Under the pieces are notes generated by a model, which saw nothing but the letters and a program-made list of their open reading frames with translations, made no database searches and was not told the DNA's origin. A stretch of DNA of 64,000 bases from Treponemataceae bacterium. GTDB lineage: Bacteria > Spirochaetota > Spirochaetia > Treponematales > Rectinemataceae. Position numbers and translations under genes: made by a program. Location of the stretch: positions 64,001 to 128,000 of the forward strand of contig CAXXHO010000004.1 of NCBI GenBank assembly GCA_963667725.2, given 5' to 3'. Of the stretch, positions 48,564 to 60,575 are shown piece after piece (positions within the stretch are counted from its first letter, which is position 1; each line of letters starts with the position of its first letter).

Positions 48564-48948
48564 GACGTCCCAGTGCCCGGCGCGTCCGCGTCAGCCCATC
48601 GGCCATGCGCGACATCGAAGAGGCGCTGGCGTGGACCGAGGAGCACTTCGGACAGCGCGCCGCGATGCGCTACGGGCGGTTGATCAGTCGGGCTGTTTTC
48701 GATGTCGCTACCGATCCGCAACGCGTCGGAGCCAAGGCGCGGCCCGAGCTTGCATCCGGCATCTGGACCTATCACCTGTGGTTCAGTCGCGAGCGAACAC
48801 TACTTCGCTAAAGAATCCGCGTCACTTTCTGGTCTATCGAACAACCGAGGCTTCGATCGAGGTGGTGCGCCTCCTGCATGACGCGCGCGAGTTGGAGCGC
48901 CATCTGCCACTCGATAGCGGCGAAGCGGCTGGTGGCACGACCGTCTGA
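48556..48948 (+). CDS. parE: ParE/RelE-family toxin (frameshifted)
   Basis: 'SPSAMRDIEE...HFG...RY', 'RHFLVYR...IEVVRLLHDAR'. Confidence 0.82.
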   Translation: MAKTSQCPARPRQPIGHARHRRGAGVDRGALRTARRDALRAVDQSGCFRCRYRSATRRSQGAARACIRHLDLSPVVQSRANTTSLKNPRHFLVYRTTEASIEVVRLLHDARELERHLPLDSGEAAGGTTV

Positions 48949-49456
48949 GCGATACCGGCCAGTCAGCCGAGGCAGCTCGCTATTTCGACGATTTCTACGC
49001 GGTCCCGCAAAGCGGCACGCCAACCATTACTCCAGCTACGAACGCGATCGCCAGACGCGACCGTGGGGCGCGAGTTCTCGCCGCGATCCAACACGGCCCG
49101 TGGCCGTCGGGCGCCTGGCCGGTAGCGTTTGCCAAGTCGCTAACAACGTCCTCACATCGTTCGCGATCCCGCCTCTTGCGCGGACTTGCACGCCCTCCGT
49201 CGCCGATTCGAGGACTGACACGACCCAATACGCGAGGCCGAAGCCGTCCGAATAGATATCGCAGCTCACGTTTGTGACGATTCTCAACTGATCCAACCAG
49301 GCGGCGGAGCTTGGGGCCGTGAGTGCCGTTGGGCTGTTGCTAGTAAGAAGTCTGATGCAGAACAACGCGTGCGCCAAAGCGCGGGGAAGTCAACTGCTCC
49401 CCTGCCGCCGGAAGCACTATTGTTGAGGCGAAGAACTCGCGCTCGGCAGGTGAGGA

Positions 49457-49921
49457 TCACGCGCAGAACATGCCGAGATGATAGATGACCATTCGCCTCG
49501 CTTCTGGAACCCAAATCGTGTAAAGCACCCCATCATGGAGCGGGATGAGCACAATCTCGACGATCTCAGCTGGGATGTTCTTTCTCAGGTGGCGCTGTTG
49601 CGCGACGGTGTCGCCGAGCCGCGCGGCCTCGTCTCGCGTTGCCCTGAAGATCACGTAGTGATCCTCGTCGGCTCGGTTCTCGGCGCGATTCAGCAACTGA
49701 CTCCACCCCTCGCTTTGCCGCAGAACGTCAAGTCGGACAACGGAACGGACACTGTCGGCCTTGTGCCGGGAGAAATCGTGCAGGAACCCCTTGAGCCTTG
49801 CGCGGATCTCACTCGGCGTGGCGGCTTCCACTCCGCTCACGCATGACTCGGTGAGAAGTGCGCGGTTGTGGAAGGCGCGCGATGAAAACCAGCCGAGCGT
49901 GCTGTCGATATCACCGGACAC
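49457..49921 (-). CDS. Hypothetical protein
   Basis: 154-aa ORF with plausible composition; start uncertain. Confidence 0.45.
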   Translation of the reverse strand: MSGDIDSTLGWFSSRAFHNRALLTESCVSGVEAATPSEIRARLKGFLHDFSRHKADSVRSVVRLDVLRQSEGWSQLLNRAENRADEDHYVIFRATRDEAARLGDTVAQQRHLRKNIPAEIVEIVLIPLHDGVLYTIWVPEARRMVIYHLGMFCA

Positions 49922-50518
49922 CAGCCATGACCGCAGGAATGCATTTACACGCCTCCGTCGACAGCGCTGTCCTGGAAGGGCCGCCCAAGGTCCAACGCCG
50001 CCACCGTAGCGAACAAGATGTAGAGCCGTGACCTCACGAACTCATCCTATCCCGCACCGCGTCGCGATAGTCTGTTGTAGAGGACCGTGTCAGGTGAAAG
50101 TCACGCTGAATAGAGAATCAATAGGGCAGTGCGAAGTGTGGATTGATCCTGGCGAAGTGCTACCAGTTCTCGCCATTATGAATCAGAGCGATGGTTCCAA
50201 ACTCCTCCTATGGTCGGGCAAGCAAGAAGCTGTTGCCCTCTTCTCCGCTTCGAAGTTCGTCGTGTTGACAGCCGGCTCCCTCCTCAGTGGGAGGCTTCCG
50301 TGAACACTGCGGGCCACGTCGAACTGTCACCGAAGGAGTGGAAGACGCCAGAGTTTTGGGAGGCCTATCACGACGCGACGTGCTCTGCGGAGGAGTTGTT
50401 CCGCTCCATCGCAGACAGCATAATCGCGGTTTCTTAAGCGGTTCACTCAGCGATATGGTGGATCGGCGTAACAGAAGTCGCCGGCCGCCTGCAATTCTCG
50501 TGTTACTCCCTCCTTACT

Positions 50519-50850
50519 ATGACAATTGCCGATATTGCCAAGGCGGTGGACGTGCTCTCCCACGGGCAGCAACGCCGCTTTCTTGCCGGATTAGCGCAAG
50601 CGTTCACCGTGGCGGCACGAGACACATACGTGGCAGGTAGTGAGGATGTCCAGGCTCCTAGGGGCCTCCGGGCATACATCGAGATGCAGCACAGGATCAC
50701 TGCTTGTCTGGCGGATAAGTTGAATGGCGAAAGCCACGATATCTGGACGTGGTCGTATCTGGCGGAATGCGCTGAAGGATACAGTTGCGAAGCGGCGGTA
50801 TTGGGTGCATGCGCACGAGCCCTCCGCCTGTGCACCATAAGCCGAGACTT
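50519..50850 (+). CDS. Small hypothetical (immunity-like) protein; runs into the 105-bp repeat
   Basis: 'FLAGLAQAFTVAARDTY...EMQHRI'; the true stop is unclear. Confidence 0.5.
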
Positions 50851-50953
50851 GACTCTGGTAGCGATGATCAATGAGATAGTGCGAGCTCCTGGCGTGTTCG
50901 CTTCCTTCAGCGATTGGCGATCACGGCGCAATTGGAGTGCTCTGGAGCGTGGT
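50848..50953 (+). repeat. ~105-bp dispersed direct repeat, copy 1
   Basis: CTTGACTCTGGTAGCGATGATCAATGAGATAG...CTCTGGAGCGTGGT; matches 54651-54754. Confidence 0.9.
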
Positions 50954-51110
50954 CGCCTTTTGGGGTGGTGTTGTTGCACCGCCGGACGCACTGATGGCTC
51001 GCGAAAACGCCAGCTGGCCGTGCGACTCTGTATCGCGACTCCATTTATGGGCCTGCCGAGCTCGGCTCAAGACGTCTGGCGGTCCTGCCGAAATCGATGG
51101 AAGGAGCACC

Positions 51111-51596
51111 GTGGACATTGACCACTACCTGATCGACCAAGCGGGGTTCGATTGGCAGGTGCTCCTTCAGGGCTGGGCAGAGATCCTGCCCGCGACATTT
51201 ACGATTTGGCTAGTTACCAGATTCGGCGATGTGTTCCTGATTTCGGAAGATCGCTCTGTCCAACATCTCGACGTCGGACTCGGTAGGTTACAACAGGTCG
51301 CGAAGACGCGGGAGCAGTTTGCGGACCTGATGGATGTGCCCGAAAACGCGGACGACTGGCTCATGATTCCGCTTGTAGACCAGTGTGTTGAATCGGGCAT
51401 CGCGCTTGCCCCCGGGCAGTGCTACGGCTTTAAGACTTCCCCGCTTTTCGGTGGCGAGTATCGACCCGAGAACGTTTATTCTATCGACCTTGCGAAGTAC
51501 TATTCATATCTGGCCGACATCTTCCTGCAGACGAAAGACCTCCAGGATGGGACACGCGTCAGGCTGCTGGTGCGCCCGGATCCGCCCGGTCGCTGA
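51111..51596 (+). CDS. DUF1851 / Tdi1-like immunity protein
   Basis: RBS AAGGAG, GTG start; 'TRFGDVF', 'HLDV..G', 'LAPGQCYGFK..PLFGGEY'. Confidence 0.75.
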   Translation: MDIDHYLIDQAGFDWQVLLQGWAEILPATFTIWLVTRFGDVFLISEDRSVQHLDVGLGRLQQVAKTREQFADLMDVPENADDWLMIPLVDQCVESGIALAPGQCYGFKTSPLFGGEYRPENVYSIDLAKYYSYLADIFLQTKDLQDGTRVRLLVRPDPPGR

Positions 51597-51824
51597 AGCG
51601 CGTTCGGTGGCTCTCCACCAGACACCAAGTGCCATGTCGGGACCGACGGTCGCGTAGCGGCAGCGGTGCGACACCTTTACCTGGTGCTGTTCGAAGCGAG
51701 CGGCCCGCCGATATCTTGGTGAACTCCGCGAATCCACCGAAACGGTCGTGAACAGTCGGAAGGCCGTTCCGCGACCATCTCCAGTGCCGGCCTCTGCGAG
51801 AACGACTGCCAATAGAATAGATAG

Positions 51825-52267
51825 ATGGACATCCCCGCAGAGGACAGCGTGGGCTCGATAGGCCTGGAAGGCATTCCACCCATGGATCCAGGAGCGCCCT
51901 GTCCCATGGTCTTTGCTGAGGACCACGCGTTGGTGTTGTCCTACTGGTGCCGCGACGAGCCGCCCTATCCGCCAGCGACGGCGCCTTTGGCGGTCATTCG
52001 CTTTGACGATCCGTATTACCACTCGTCTGGTCCGCCAAACGACGAAGCGATAGCGGGACACCGTCTCGCTGGCAAGGGGTTGCATCCCTGCGGTGTGTTT
52101 CGGGTCGAAGAATCATCACTGATTCGGCAGCTTGAACAGATGAACACCGTCCCATCCCCGCCACGACCCCGAGGCCTTCGGTCGCATGGTCCATTACATT
52201 TTCACGTTTCACGATTCCACCTTTGAATGCATCGCTGGAGGCTTTACCGCCACCGTAGAGCAGGTAG
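51825..52267 (+). CDS. Hypothetical protein (frameshifted)
   Basis: 'GPPNDEAIAGH...GL', then 'HYIFTFHDSTFECIA' in another frame. Confidence 0.6.
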
Positions 52268-52331
52268 GACTGGGCCAGGAATATGACCGAACTCTTGCGT
52301 GTTTGCGCCGGCGCGAGGGGCAATAACCGAG

Positions 52332-52912
52332 ATGGCCGGGCCCGTGGCTTCGATTCTCGTGCCTGAGCTACTGAGCGATGCGCGCCTGGGGGCGCTCCGA
52401 ATGCTCGGAGATCCACGACCCGCCGCTTCGAACGCGAGTGCCGCATTGCGGATCACGGACACACGAGCGGTTGGGGGAGACTACTTCGGCGAGGGCACGC
52501 CCTTTCATATTCGCGTGCGACCCTCCCGACTTGGACCCGTCGGAAGTGGCCCGGATCGCCGACACTTTCGGTTTCGTGCCTAGGCAGGAGTTTGTGCTTG
52601 CGGCGATGTGCAACGCTCCTGAGGATCACAGAATTCTGGGCGCTGTTGCCGCGCACCTCGCTGAGCAGTGGTCCGGCGTCATCGACCTAGGTGGAGCATT
52701 AGTGCCGCCCTCCTGGATACACCGGAAGTACTGGACGGTCTCCTGGTCCGAGATAGAGCCGGAACTTGGCCCCTGGGTAGCTTCAATCGGCGGGTCGCAT
52801 TCTGACACTCCCTTATGAGGCAAGGAACGGACACATATGGGCGGAGCATGTAGTTGACGTGACGTTCCTGCGGAACTGGCTTCAGCACCCAGATTTCTAT
52901 ATGGTCAAGTAG
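52332..52912 (+). CDS. Hypothetical protein, possibly DUF6368-like (frameshifted)
   Basis: Begins MAGPVAS; 'AAMCN..EDHRILG'; ends 'FYMVK*'. Confidence 0.5.
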
Positions 52913-53394
52913 ACCGGACGAAATGCGGGAATCTGGATGCGGGGTCGTCATTTCTGAATTAGGCTCGTACGGGCTGGAGTTCAAAGGCGCGATTACGAAT
53001 TCCGTATCGCGACTGGACATTTCAGCCCACATAAGCCAGACCACACTACTTCGGCGTTCATTGAGAAGTTCAGTGGTGGAGGTCTCGACCACTACCACTA
53101 CGATTGACAGTTCGATCCAGTTCCTGCCCCCAGGCGCCTGGCTTCGTACGGGGTGTGGTGCCGCAGGAACAGAATGGCGTACTGCGGATCTGGACGAGCC
53201 CTGTAACGCTGAACGACATAACCGACCGATTGACCACCGGTGCGATCCGATGCGGAAATGGTTGGAGGCACCACCGACATCATGCCAAACCAGCCAGAAC
53301 GAGCAGGCTACTTGAATGTTTCCGGAAGCGCCACTGCTGCACCGACGGCCGTTCGGCTGCGATGCTGGGCTGGGCACAACAATGAGAGGGAAAC

Positions 53395-53580
53395 ATGCAA
53401 ATCGATGAGGTTGAACAGAACTCGCCCGATTTCGATTGGTTCGCTGTCGATGAGCAAGGTTTGATCGCTCACTTTGCGACGGCAGGATTCAAGCTCTTGC
53501 CAGGGACGGTTTCAAGCTCGGCAGAAGACCTCGCCACCGTCACGAGCTATTTTCTGAACCGCGCTCCGGTCGTCAGCGGG
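53395..53580 (+). pseudogene. 5' fragment of a hypothetical gene
   Basis: 'DFDWFAVDEQGLIAHFATAG', then an abrupt switch to AraC-derived sequence. Confidence 0.55.
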
Positions 53581-53584
53581 GCTG

Positions 53585-53760
53585 GTCCCATTGAGTACCT
53601 GCGAACTGGCGCATCGCCCTGGCGAAAGACGAACTTTCCTGCGGAACAAAGACCATCGGAGAGATTGCTCTGTCCGTAGGTCTTCACTCTTCGAGCGCCG
53701 TCAGCACCGCCTTCACTCGCGCGGCGGGTTGCTCTCCAAAACGGTATGCGGCGCGGAGAG
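53585..53760 (+). pseudogene. Diverged duplicate of the 3' end of the AraC gene
   Basis: Shares CCTGCGGAACAAAGACCATCGGAGAGATTGCTCTGTCCGTAGG and flanks with 46195-46370. Confidence 0.85.
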
Positions 53761-53762
53761 AA

Positions 53763-54248
53763 CTATCGCGGCCCCAGTTTGGCTTGTAGGTCTTGGAACA
53801 CGTTTTGCAGCACGACAGAATCGTACCCCTGGAAAGCCTCCTTCAGGCGTCCTTTACTGATTTTCGCAAGATGGCCCGAGGCTTGAATCCGAATTTTCTG
53901 AGCTGTTCCGGGCTCGCCAGCAGCACCCGGAACGTAGGCGAACTTGATGCTCACTTGAACGTTGTAGACCCAGTCGCCCTTGAGCACGACAACGCCTGCG
54001 TTCTCCGTGGTTCTCAAGTAGCCGGACTCTTTGTCCATCGTAGCAACGGCAAAGTTGCTTTCCAGGATCGCGTTCAACGCCGTCTGCCAGCATTTCTCGT
54101 ATTGGTGTTGGAGGTCGTCGCGGATAGGGATCTCTCGCCAGACCGGGTCGCCGACTACGAACCGGGATTTGACCGGGTCCGGTAGACCGGCAAATGCGGG
54201 CACGCAAGCAAGTGTAATGGAGAGTACGACGCAAAGAGATGAGCGCAT
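53763..54248 (-). CDS. Secreted hypothetical protein
   Basis: GGAGG RBS, signal peptide ending AFA, 'DKESGYLRT'. Confidence 0.7.
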   Translation of the reverse strand: MRSSLCVVLSITLACVPAFAGLPDPVKSRFVVGDPVWREIPIRDDLQHQYEKCWQTALNAILESNFAVATMDKESGYLRTTENAGVVVLKGDWVYNVQVSIKFAYVPGAAGEPGTAQKIRIQASGHLAKISKGRLKEAFQGYDSVVLQNVFQDLQAKLGPR

Positions 54249-54650
54249 TTAGCAAGGCCTCCGTCCTGCCAACAAAGCGAAGCTCGGATGGTTCTCAGGA
54301 CACCATCAGTTCATGAAAACCGATCGGCGACAACTGGAATAGCTGGTCGATCTCTGCCAAAAAGAGGAAGCGTAATCCATGAAACTGAAGTCCTTTATTC
54401 GGACGATCTCGCTGGGCCTCGCCATCGAACTTAAGCCCTCCTCGTGAAAACAATCCAGGCTGGTGGCACGGTAAGCTTCCTGCTTCTCGTCCTTGATCGC
54501 CACAATCAAGGACTTCTGCGAGTGTCGCCCGGCCTTTCGATCGGCAGGCCGGCCATAAGTACGTCGGCCTGTGATCGCCCCTCTCAATCCACTTAAGAAG
54601 ATACCCGAAACGGCTTTCTCCCGAAACAACTTTCCCCTTCGGACGCCCTC

Positions 54651-54754
54651 CTTGACTCTGGTAGCGATGATCAATGAGATAGGCGAGCCCTGGGATGTTC
54701 GCTTCCTTCAGCGATTGGCGATCACGGCGCAATTGGACTGCTCTGGAGCGTGGT
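54651..54754 (+). repeat. ~105-bp dispersed direct repeat, copy 2
   Basis: Matches 50848-50953 with a few substitutions and indels. Confidence 0.9.
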
Positions 54755-54764
54755 AGCGAGTAAG

Positions 54765-55996
54765 ATGGACCGAGTGGCTCATTGTATCGTTCGTGACACC
54801 GCAGGTTTTCCGCGCACATACCGCGCTTCCGGCTTCTGGTTGATTCTGCTCACAGTCGTTGGATCCGGCCTTTGCGCTCGGCGGCGCCATCGGTGCATGG
54901 CAGCTTGTTGCGAAGGGCCCCCGAAATGGCACTCTCTGGATAGTAGGTGTTTGCGTTCTCGTTGCCGTCTTCGGAATCTACTGCCTGTTGTCCACGTACC
55001 GCTCGAAGGTTGTACTTTTTCCGGACCGTATCGAAGCCGAAGAACTCACTCGGACCGATGTGCTCAGCCGCGACGAGATTCGGGGCTGGAGACCAATCCC
55101 GACATCGCCCGGAGGATTTGTCTTCATTCCCAAGAACCCTGGTCAGCGTCCGGTGAAAGTGGCCCAGGTGTTCCGTCCGGATTCGACATTCCTCGAATGG
55201 GTGTACACGCTGCCTTCCTTGGACGAGTTGGACAGGAAGCGGTCGAAAGGTGAGGTCCGCAAGGATGCCCGCCTTGGTGCCACGCCTGGTGAGCGAATGA
55301 AGTCGCTGGCCAAGGGGCGGCGCCTCGCGGCATGCGTCAATATCGGAGCTTCTTCGGTCGCGCTTTGGGGGTTCTTGTGGCCCCAACCATACGAGACGGT
55401 CGTGCTGTCCCTGGTCGCGGTGCCTTGGGTGGCTCTCGCCATCGTCAAGGGATCGCGAGGCCTGTTCCGCGTAGACGGATATAAGAACGACGCTCATCCT
55501 AACGTCGCGATCGCTCTGATATTTCCGGGGCTGATACTGATGTTTCGTGGTGTGATCGACTATCAAGTCCTGGGGGCACTCGCTCTTGGCTGGTACGCAC
55601 TGGGCATTGGTGTTGCCTTGTGGTTCTGTACCTGCCTTGCCGACGCCACCATGAGGACGCGAGTGGGCAGCGCGATCGCCTTCTTTGCATTCGCTGTTCT
55701 CTACGGCTATGGCGTTGCGGCTGAAGCGAACGCATTGCTGGATCGCTCGCCGGAGCAATCGTATTCCGCGGAAGTGACAGATAAGCGGGTTGTGTCCGGG
55801 AAGAACTACCACCTACCGACTTGACCTGGGCCCATGGGGACCTCTGTCGGACGCAAACCATATTCGCGTGGGGCAGAGTACCTATGAGTACATTCAGCGC
55901 GGAGATATCGTCCATATGGTCGTGCAGAATGGCGCATTGGGCGTAAAGTGGTTCTATTTTCGCTCCTGGGAGCGCGGTGGATCGCGCCAACGCTAA
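54765..55996 (+). CDS. Multi-pass membrane hypothetical protein (frameshifted)
   Basis: Three consecutive overlapping ORFs with many TM segments. Confidence 0.65.
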
Positions 55997-56312
55997 ATGA
56001 AGCGCGACCAAGCCTCCGCAACTCGATGAGGTGCTGATTGGTCACAAGCCTTTGGTCTCCGCTCGCTGCCCGGGCAGTGAGAAGCACATACTCTTTCGAA
56101 GGAGGTCCCCCTTTTTATGTGCCAGAGAGCCTCGAGAGATACGACGGCGTTTGTCGTTGCTAATCTTGCCCGAACTCAGGATTGTGCCAATTCTTCGAGA
56201 GGCCGGTACTATAGCCAAAGTGCGCCGCAGCGTTGCGCGGATAGGCATTCTCTGCCGGAAGGGCAAATTCCGGGTAAAGCGGAACTGTTCCTTATTGTCG
56301 TAAGGAGGAAGG

Positions 56313-59300
56313 TTGGAACCACCAATGGCAAGCTCAGCTGAAGCCTCCTTGAAGAAGGTCTATCCCTGGAAACGGTTCTGGGTGCCCCGTGGTACGGAAC
56401 TGACGCTCCTTAACAATGCATACCTCCCGGACCCGGAGGCTGACTTCACTCGCTTCTACAACCAGAATGTGTCCACTTTCAAGGCGATGAGCGGCGGGCA
56501 GTGTAACGTGCTTCTTGGCGATGGCGGCATGGGCAAGAGCTGGAGTCTGGGCCGCGACCATCGTGAGTTGACTCCGATTTGGGAGTCCCAAAAGGAATGC
56601 GGGGCTCTCATGGACCTCGGCCAGCTATCGCGCTGTGCCGACCTCGATCTTCGGTTGAACGACGATGCGGCCGTCCGGCGGTGGCGGAGCGAAGGGGGAA
56701 TCCTGCACCTAACTTTTGACTCCCTCGATGAGGCGCTCCCCTCACTGCCGAATCTGCCTAAGGTGCTCCTTGGTATCCTAGAGAGACTTCCCAAAGACTC
56801 CTTGCGGCTCTCAATATCGTGCCGCTCGGTCCTGTGGCCGCCATTTCTCGAGGATCGCCTGCAAAGCCTATATGGGCGGGCCGGAGTCCAGGTGTGGCGG
56901 CTTGCTCCGCTCCGGCGTGAGGATGTGCGCGTAGCTGCCTCGGTGAACAATCTGGACGGCGATGCGTTTCTTCAGGCTGTCGGAGACAAAAACGTAGAGG
57001 CAATGGCGGCGCATCCTCTGACGCTTGCGTTACTCCTCCGCTCAGTCTCCAGCGGCTCCGCACTTCCCGATGAACTGACTCAACTTTATGAGCGCGGTTG
57101 CAAGACATTTCTTCTTGAGCCGGCAGACTCGAGTCGCGCTGTTACGCCTGGACGGATGAACGCAGACGAGATGATGGCGGTTGCGGGACGCATGGCTTGC
57201 ATGATGCTCTTTGCCGCGAAGACCGCTGTTGAAACGAACGAGGTTGATCCTTGCCCGGAGGATGCAGTCGGAATAGGCAGCTTGGCGGGAAGTTCCGAAA
57301 TCGTTCGGGGCGCCCGTTTTCAGATCGGAACTCTTGATGTGTGGGAGGCGATTAGGAGTGGCCTGTTCACGCGAACCGGTTCTCAGTTTCGGTGGATTCA
57401 CAAGAGCTTCGCTGAGTTTCTCGCCGCCTATCATCTGCGCGGCGAAGGCACCACCCTCTCGCAGATCCGGAAACTCTTTGTGGTGGCCGATCGGATCGCT
57501 CCGCCCTTGGCGGGGATTGGGGCGTGGCTCGCCGCGATGCGGGAAGATGTCGTGACCGAGTTCCTGCAAATCGATCCCGAGGTGCTTCTGGACGCCGATC
57601 TTTCGAAGAGCCCTACTTCGATTCAAGCGGATTTGGTTGAGTTCCTATTTCGGCTGGCTAAAGCTGAAAGCCCTTTCGTATATCAGTGGGGCCTGTTCTG
57701 GAAGTTCAAGAAGCTGAGCCATCCGGGTTTGCCGGCGCAGGTCGAAGCGCGGCTCGACGCATCAAATCCCAAAGGGGTTCGGAGGCTTGCCATCCAGATC
57801 GCAAATGCCTCTGGCGGGATCGGACTAACCCGGAAGCTTGTTGACATCGCATTGGACGACAACGAGGAAGGCTTCCTTCGCATCGATTCGGTAGCGTGGA
57901 TCTCGGAGTACGGAGATTCAAGTGACAGGGTACGTCTTCGCCCGTTGGCGCTGAAGGTGGGCGGCGAGAGGGACGAGCAACGTCTTCAGTCATACGCCCT
58001 TGCGGCCGTGTGGCCGTCGCACGCCACGTGGCCGGAAGTTCGCGACAGTGTCGGCCTGAAGGATTATCAACAAACGGACGCCCTCGGGCGATTCCTGGCT
58101 CACGATCTCATTAAGGAGCTTCCGAAGTCTGAGTTCGCCGGTGCGTTGCATTGGCTCGCTCAAGAATACCCTGATCCAAACCCGCTTTCCGGCTGGGCGG
58201 GCGCAGCGGATCAACTCATTCTGAGCGCTATGAACCATGTGGATGATGCAGCTATCCGATCCGCACTCGCGGATCTTCTGGCTGCGCGACTTGCGTATCA
58301 CCATATGGTCTTCGATAGTCGCGGGGTTTTCCAGCATAGGGAGGTTGTGTTGGGATCGGCCACAATGCGCCGAATTCTTGCTTCAGAGTTGGTACCCCGC
58401 CTTGGCGGAAAGACGCCAACTGCGTGGCTGCTACTCCAGGCCCCGGCTCCACTTCTCCTGGAAAGCGATCTCGAATTCGCGGTTGAAGAGTGGAAGCATG
58501 CTGTGCCTGACACTCGACCGAACTGGGAGAGTATTGTTGTGGCGCTCACTAAGTGGGACATCGCCGAAGCGCGGTCCAAGGTCTACGCCCTGACGGCGGA
58601 CCGGCCTGAGCTGAAAGCGACACTAAAAGCTCACTACGCCAGTAGCCGGCGGTTCAGGAAACGCGAGAATGACCTTCAAGCGAAGGCGCGCCGCAAGTCC
58701 GGGCGCACTCGCAGCATTCGCATTCGGGCCATTGGAGATCTCGTTGCCGAATGCGAGCGGGATCCTCGCTCGATACCGCGCCTTCTCTGGCTTATGGTCG
58801 CGAGAATCGACCGTGACATGGTCGAGGATCCTTTTCGCTCGAACCTTCGCGAACTGCCCGGCTGGTCGGTCCTGACGGCGATGGACGCGGATCGCGTCAT
58901 CGTGGCAGCGAAACGGTTCTTGACTGTCGAACCTTCTTACACAGGCATGACCCTTCGATACGGTGGTCGAAGCCGACGCGACCTCGCTGTATACAAGATC
59001 CTTCGGGACCGTATGGCTCATGAGCCCGGGTACGTGAGATCTCTCACTCCCGAGGTGCTTTCGAAGTGGGTTTTGAGTGTTCTGCTGTACCAGGCATCCC
59101 AAACGGACAAAGAATTGGACGAGACGGATGCCGTCTTGAGAAAACTCTGTTGTGCAAATGCATCGGCTGTCAGGCGCTGCTCGGAAATCCTCATTCGTCA
59201 GTACGACAGGCTCCACAATCCAGAGCGGTTACTGAAGTGGTTGTCGTCCGAATGCACGTCTCCGGAACTAGACCAAACTCTCCTCAGAATTGTTAACCTT

Positions 59301-60575
59301 CCCGCTGTGTCCGAGAGCCTGTATATCGAGGGTCTAGGGACGCTCTTTGAGCGAGAATCTAGGGCTGCTGAGAAGCTGGCTCAAGATCAACTCGCACTCG
59401 CAAAGAGCACTGGAGCTAGCGACCGTCGCATAGCCACCTGCTGCGCCGTCTGGATCGAACACTGCCGCGAACGGGCTTGGCGTGAGGTGTGGCCGGCCAT
59501 GACGACAAACGGCAGCTTTGCTAAAGAAGTCCTGGAGGTGATGTATTCAAGCGGCAAGATCGCCGAGAGACTAGGCGCATGGCTTCCCGAGAATGAGTGC
59601 CTCGACATCTACCGGTGGCTTCGCTCGACGTTCGGCGCTCCTCCAAACTCCGATCCATTCCAGCGCGATATCGTCCATACGACCCAGGGAAGTATTCTCC
59701 ATTGGCTCCAGGAACGGTCCACAGCTGAGGCGCTCGCGGCGCTTGAGACGCTGGATCGCGAGTACCCTGGCGACTGGTGGATACGAAAAGCAGCTTGGGA
59801 GACTGGCCGGGACAATCGCCCAAAGGAGTTGGCAGCCACTTGAGCCGGCTGCCGTTCAGCACGTTATCGAAGACCATCGACATCTGCTCGTCCGTGACGA
59901 AAAGGAACTCCTCGATGATCTCCTGGAGGCGTTAAGCGAACTCCAGGCGAAGTTCCACGCCACAGGCGATCGCGTAAGGAGGCTGTGGAACGAATACCAC
60001 ATAGGCCGGACTCTCAGGTGCAAGCCCAAGCCCGAAGAACCCGTATCCCGCGAGATCGCCTCAGAACTCATGGACCTCCTCAGGCGTCGTGGAGTCACCG
60101 CAACGCTGGAGCCGAAGATCCGCGAGGGGGAGTACGTAGACATTCATGTGACAGCGACCACGGAATCTTCTCCCCTCAAAGTTCCTCTCCCTCGTTATCG
60201 AGGTGAAGGGGTGTTGGAACCCTGGAGTGAGAAGTTCGCTTGATGCGCAGCTCGCGCGACGGTATCTCAAGGGCAATCAGTCGCCCTACGCTATCTATCT
60301 GGTCGTCCTGGTTCACGTGCGACGCGTGGGACGACCGAGATTCGAGACGAAAGGCCCAGGCTTCGAAAGAGACGCAGAAAGGCCTTACGGCATTCCTGAC
60401 AGAGGAGGCGAGCCGTGCGAGCCGTGATCACGCCGTCTCCATCAAGAGCTTCGTTTTGGATGCGACACTTAGGGGCGGGACGGCAAAAGAAGGTCGCCCG
60501 CAAGTCTGCCAAGCGCCAAGCCGCGAAAAAGGGCCGAGGGTAGAGCGTCAAGGTGAAGAGACCGCTACGCCTTGA
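56313..60575 (+). CDS. Large NACHT/STAND-like NTPase with probable C-terminal PD-(D/E)XK nuclease (frameshifted near the 3' end)
   Basis: Walker A 'LLGDGGMGKS', Walker B 'FDSLDE', 'SCR', 'HPLTL', 'HKSFAEFLAA'; tail 'YVDI...IEVKGCWN'. Confidence 0.72.

Noticed and set aside
49400..56300. Integron cassette array
   Set aside because: I could not find recurring RYYYAAC...GTTRRRY hairpins between the genes by eye; a covariance-model search is needed to exclude it fully.
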